Shown here: in pieces, positions 60,838 to 64,000 of the stretch | How the letters are laid out: every line of letters begins with the position of its first letter | Position numbering within the stretch: position 1 is the stretch's first letter | Origin: an uncultured Actinomycetes bacterium | Lineage (GTDB): Bacteria > Actinomycetota > UBA4738 > HRBIN12 | Assembly: GCA_963794065.1 (NCBI GenBank) | Contig: CAWCDA010000033.1 | Coordinates: 123,643-187,642 of the forward strand | DNA: 64,000 nt | Direction: 5' to 3' | Position numbers and translations under genes: made by a program | Notes under the pieces: generated by a model | The model's input: only the letters and a program-made list of their open reading frames with translations | Database searches by the model: none | What the model was told of the DNA's origin: nothing

Positions 60838-61311
60838 TCAGCCTACCGCACCCTGGCGGCATGCCCGGCGGCAGTCTAGCCGCGTGGGCGTGTGGTCCCA
60901 CGTCGCCACGACCGCGGGCACCACGCGAAGGAACCCGAGGACGGGAACGGCCTGGGTGAACCGCTCGAACCCCTCCCCCGCCAGCAGCGTTCGATACTTG
61001 TCGTGCCACGCCGACATCGGTGCGCGGAGGTCGGGATGCTCGGCCGGCAGCGACTCCGCCGTTCCGTCGATCCGAGCGCCGGACATCTCGAGCCAGTCGC
61101 GGCCACGATCCACCAGCACCGACACGCGCGCGTCGCGCAGCGCGTCCTCCCAGGTGGTGTCGCCCATCCTCGTCGCGACGTAGATCGCGTCCTCCTGCCA
61201 GACGAACCATCTCGACGCGACGTGGGGACCCCCGTCCGGGCGCACGGTCGCCACGCGGCAGGTCGGCACGTCGCGGAACATCCGCCGGATGACGGCGACG
61301 TCCTCGGTCAC
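60838..61311 (-). CDS. pyridoxamine 5'-phosphate oxidase-like (FMN/F420-binding split-barrel) protein
   Basis: VIRRMFRDVPTCRVATVRPDGGPHVASRWFVWQEDAIYVAT. GTG 61311 in a GTGA overlap with the upstream reading frame. The extreme C-terminus is uncertain. Confidence 0.6.
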   Translation of the reverse strand: MTEDVAVIRRMFRDVPTCRVATVRPDGGPHVASRWFVWQEDAIYVATRMGDTTWEDALRDARVSVLVDRGRDWLEMSGARIDGTAESLPAEHPDLRAPMSAWHDKYRTLLAGEGFERFTQAVPVLGFLRVVPAVVATWDHTPTRLDCRRACRQGAVG

Positions 61312-62184
61312 AGCGACCCCACGAGCTCGGCCAGCTGATCGAGGGCGACGACGGCCTCCGGCGCGAGCGGGTCCCCGAGCGTCGCGCGGGCGCGTCGCCA
61401 CCAGCGCGACCGCGTCCTCGCGTGTCGCGCCGCGGGCGCGTCACCGTCCGCCAGATCGTCCAACAGCTGGAAGGCCTGCCCCAGAGGCCGCCCGTAGCGA
61501 CGCAGCGCTCCATCCACTCCTGTCGACGCGCCGGCGAGCGCCGAGCCCACCAACAGCGGGCCCTCGACCGTGTAGGCGCCCACCTTTGAGATACGCGACC
61601 GTGTCGCGGCGCGACCTCGACGGACGCGAGGTCGAGGTACGCGCCCAAGCGCGAGCTGCAGCCGGAGTCGTCTGGAACCTCGCCGCGGCGGCGGCCTGCC
61701 GTTCGGACGGTGAACCCGAGCTCGCGAACAACTCGATCGGCGAAGGCGGCCGCCAGGTCGCCGGCGACGATCGCGATCCCGGTGCCGACGCAGCGCGGGA
61801 CGCGCCTGTCCGCGGCGCGCCGCCGGCGGCGGCCTGCCGCGCATGCACCGTCGGCTCCCCGCGTCGCTCCGTCATCGTCGTCCATCACGTCGTCGTGGAT
61901 CAGCGCCATCGTGTGCAGCAGCTCCAGCGCCGCGGCCGACCGACCAGATCGAGGGCATGTCGGCGCCGCCGGCGGCGCGGTACCCCCAGACGCAGAACGC
62001 CGGCCGGATGCCGCTTGCCGCCCGCGCGCACGAGCCGCTCGATCTCATCGATCGGCTCGGTCGCGCGCGGCTCGATCGCGACGGCCTCGGCGCGGCGATC
62101 CTCGAGGAAGGAGCCGAGCACCTCGTCGATGCGCGTCGCGACCCCCGCGAGTGCGGGGACGGCGGCAGCGGAGGTCGGCGTCAT
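61308..62184 (-). pseudogene. second polyprenyl diphosphate synthase, shattered by about eight frame changes
   Basis: Recognisable segments alternate among all three minus-strand frames: MTPTS..RAGGKR / IRPAFCVWGYRAAGG / ALIHDDVMD / RRGEPTVHAR / GIAIVAGDLAAAFAD / IELFASSG..AAAARFQTT / LGAYLDLA / RDTVAYLKGG / AYTVEGPLLVG..LGQAFQLLDDL. Confidence 0.75.
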
Positions 62185-62249
62185 GCGGCCCAGTATCCCA
62201 AGCCCGGCCCAGCGACAGGCAGACCGCCTATCATGGTGCGCCGAAGCCC

Positions 62250-63190
62250 ATGAAGCGCACCGTTCGCGCCCTCGCCACGGCGACCGTCGTCGCCATCCTG
62301 CTGCTGATCGCGTGGGGCGGGGTGGTGCGTGCAACCGGCTCGGGCGACGGGTGCCCGGACTGGCCGCAGTGTTTCGGCTCCTGGATCCCGCGCTTCGAGT
62401 ACCACACTCTGATCGAGTACACGCACCGGCTGCTCGCGTTCCTCGCGCGGGTGCTTGACCCTGGCATTGGGGATCGCCGGCGGCGTGGTCGCTGCTTCGG
62501 CGCCGCGACCTCGACCGCCCGGCGGCGATCTGGCCGTGGTCCTGCTCCCCCTGTTCGTGGCGCAGGCCGCGATCGGCGGCTGGATCATCGCGACCCACGA
62601 GGACCCGGGCGTCGTGACGATCCACTTCGCGGTCGCGTTCCTCGTCTCGGGGATCGCGGTGGCGATCGCCGCGCGCGCATGTGGCTCCCGGCGGGGTCGG
62701 GGCAGCCGCAGCTATCGACGGCTGATCGCCTGGACGGCGGCTGCGACCTACGGGTTGTTGCTCGTCGGCACCTACGTCCGCGCCGAGGGCGCGGGGCTCG
62801 CCTTCCGCGAGTGGCCGCTGATGGGCGACAGCATCGTTCCCGATCTCGCGCGACCGGGCGCGGTCGCGATGTTCGCCCACCGGCGTGCTCGCGATCGTCA
62901 TCGTCGCCCTGTTCGTGTGGTGCATGGTTCGAGCGCGCACGATGCGCCCGCGGTCTCCGCTGCTGGTTCGCCTCTCCACTGCGGCCCTGGCGCTCTTGGC
63001 CTGCAGGTACTGGTCGGCGGCGCCAACGTCTTGACGGAGCTCGCGACCTGGGCGCGTGCCGCGCACGTCGGGCTGTCGGCGCTGATCTGGACCGCGGTCG
63101 TGGCGCTGGCGATGGCCGCGCGCGTCGAGCCCGCGGGCGACGCCGGCCGGCGAGGACGACTGCGAGACGGAACCGCTGGCCGGGCGAGAC
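62250..63190 (+). pseudogene. ctaA: heme A synthase (CtaA/COX15 family), at least three frame changes
   Basis: MKRTVRALATATVVAILLLIAWGGVVRATGSGDGCPDWPQCFG...HRLLAFLA, then shifts near 62452, 62882 and 63000. No in-frame stop precedes the ctaB ATG, so the 3' end is undefined. Confidence 0.7.
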
Positions 63191-63201
63191 CCCCGTCGGC
63201 G

Positions 63202-64000
63202 ATGGGCGACACCGTTCGCGCCTATCATCGCGCTGACGAAGCCCCGCATCATCGTGCTGCTGCTGATCATCACCGTGCCCGCGATGGTCCTGGCGGCGGG
63301 CGAGGTGCCCCCGGTCGGGCTGATCCTGGCGACGCTCATCGGCGGAACCCTGGCCGCCGGCGCCGCCAACGCGATGAACATGTACCTCGATCGCGACATC
63401 GACCAGATCATGAAGCGCACCCGGCAGCGACCGCTGCCGGGCCACCGGATCGAGCCCGACGCGGCCCTCCGGTTCGGGTTCGTGCTGGCCGCCGCCTCCT
63501 ACCTGTTCCTCGCTGTCACGGTGAACGTGCTCGCCGCGGTGTTGGCGCTGTCCGCGATCGCGTTCTACGTCTTCGTCTACACGATGTGGCTCAAGCGCTC
63601 GACCGACCAGAACATCGTGATCGGCGGCGCGGCGGGGGCCGTGCCGGTCCTCGTCGGCTGGGCCGCGGTCACAGGATCGCTCGCGATGCCGGCGCTCGTG
63701 CTGTTCGCGGTGGTCTTCGTGTGGACGCCGCCGCACTTCTGGGCGCTGGCGCTGCGGATGCGCGACGACTACGCGGCGGCCGGCGTGCCGATGCTGCCGG
63801 TGGTGCGCGGCGGCGGAGGAGACGCGGAAGCAGATCTTCCTGTACTCGCTCGTGCTGTTCGCCACGACGTTGCTGCTCGTGCCGATCGCCTCGATGGGCC
63901 CGGTCTACGTCGCAACCGCGGTCGTGCTCGGCGGCACGTTCGTCTACCGCTGCCTGCGGCTGTGGCGCGAGCCGACGGATGACCGCTCATGGCGGGTCTT
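63202..64000 (+). pseudogene. ctaB: protoheme IX farnesyltransferase (heme O synthase), partial at the window edge, at least two frame changes
   Basis: MGDTVRAY / [20 protein letters not shown] ... [21 protein letters not shown] ... [11 protein letters not shown]. Shifts near 63226 and 63812. The C-terminal frame ([16 protein letters not shown]...) runs off the window. Confidence 0.75.

Noticed and set aside
62250-64000. A ctaA-ctaB fusion protein, because no stop separates the last ctaA frame from the ctaB ATG
   Set aside because: The region contains at least five frame changes, so the apparent continuity most likely results from another indel hiding the ctaA stop.

Overview
High-GC, actinobacterium-like chromosomal DNA (GC judged by eye, not computed). 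Positions 1-35 kb hold small mixed operons: a cation/proton antiporter, an AraC-controlled maleylacetate-reductase/DinB/VOC operon, a radical-SAM maturase, LuxR and two-component regulators, a TetR/Zn-ribbon/ClC operon, a CsoR-like/OsmC pair, an ECF sigma operon, a GcvT-like enzyme, an SQR-like oxidoreductase, tRNA-Tyr, YajQ, a class III cyclase and two PLP enzymes. Positions 35-61 kb are one co-directional minus-strand respiratory block: geranylgeranyl reductase, a complete 14-gene nuoA-N operon, a polyprenyl synthase, then a second 10-gene nuo set (A,B,C,H,I,J,K,L,M,N) with no nuoD/E/F/G. A PPOX-like gene, a shattered second polyprenyl synthase and divergent ctaA/ctaB follow. The most unusual signal is an unclassified ~92-nt intergenic module present five times between 4.6 and 26.5 kb. 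All copies share one orientation and have invariant internal spacing (palindrome GTTCTCAGAAC, then two CCCACAG-type repeats at +49 and +72). Four of the five copies are preceded by a G/T-only tract; the same kind of tract follows tRNA-Tyr when read on the minus strand. The window also carries about two dozen single-base frameshifts. They are very unevenly distributed, clustering in DUF2252, polyprenyl synthase 2, ctaA and ctaB, with none in the 14.4-kb nuo operon. Assembly indel error versus real gene decay must be settled before any pseudogene call is trusted. Many long ORFs in the track are antisense or out-of-frame shadows typical of high-GC DNA and were not called.
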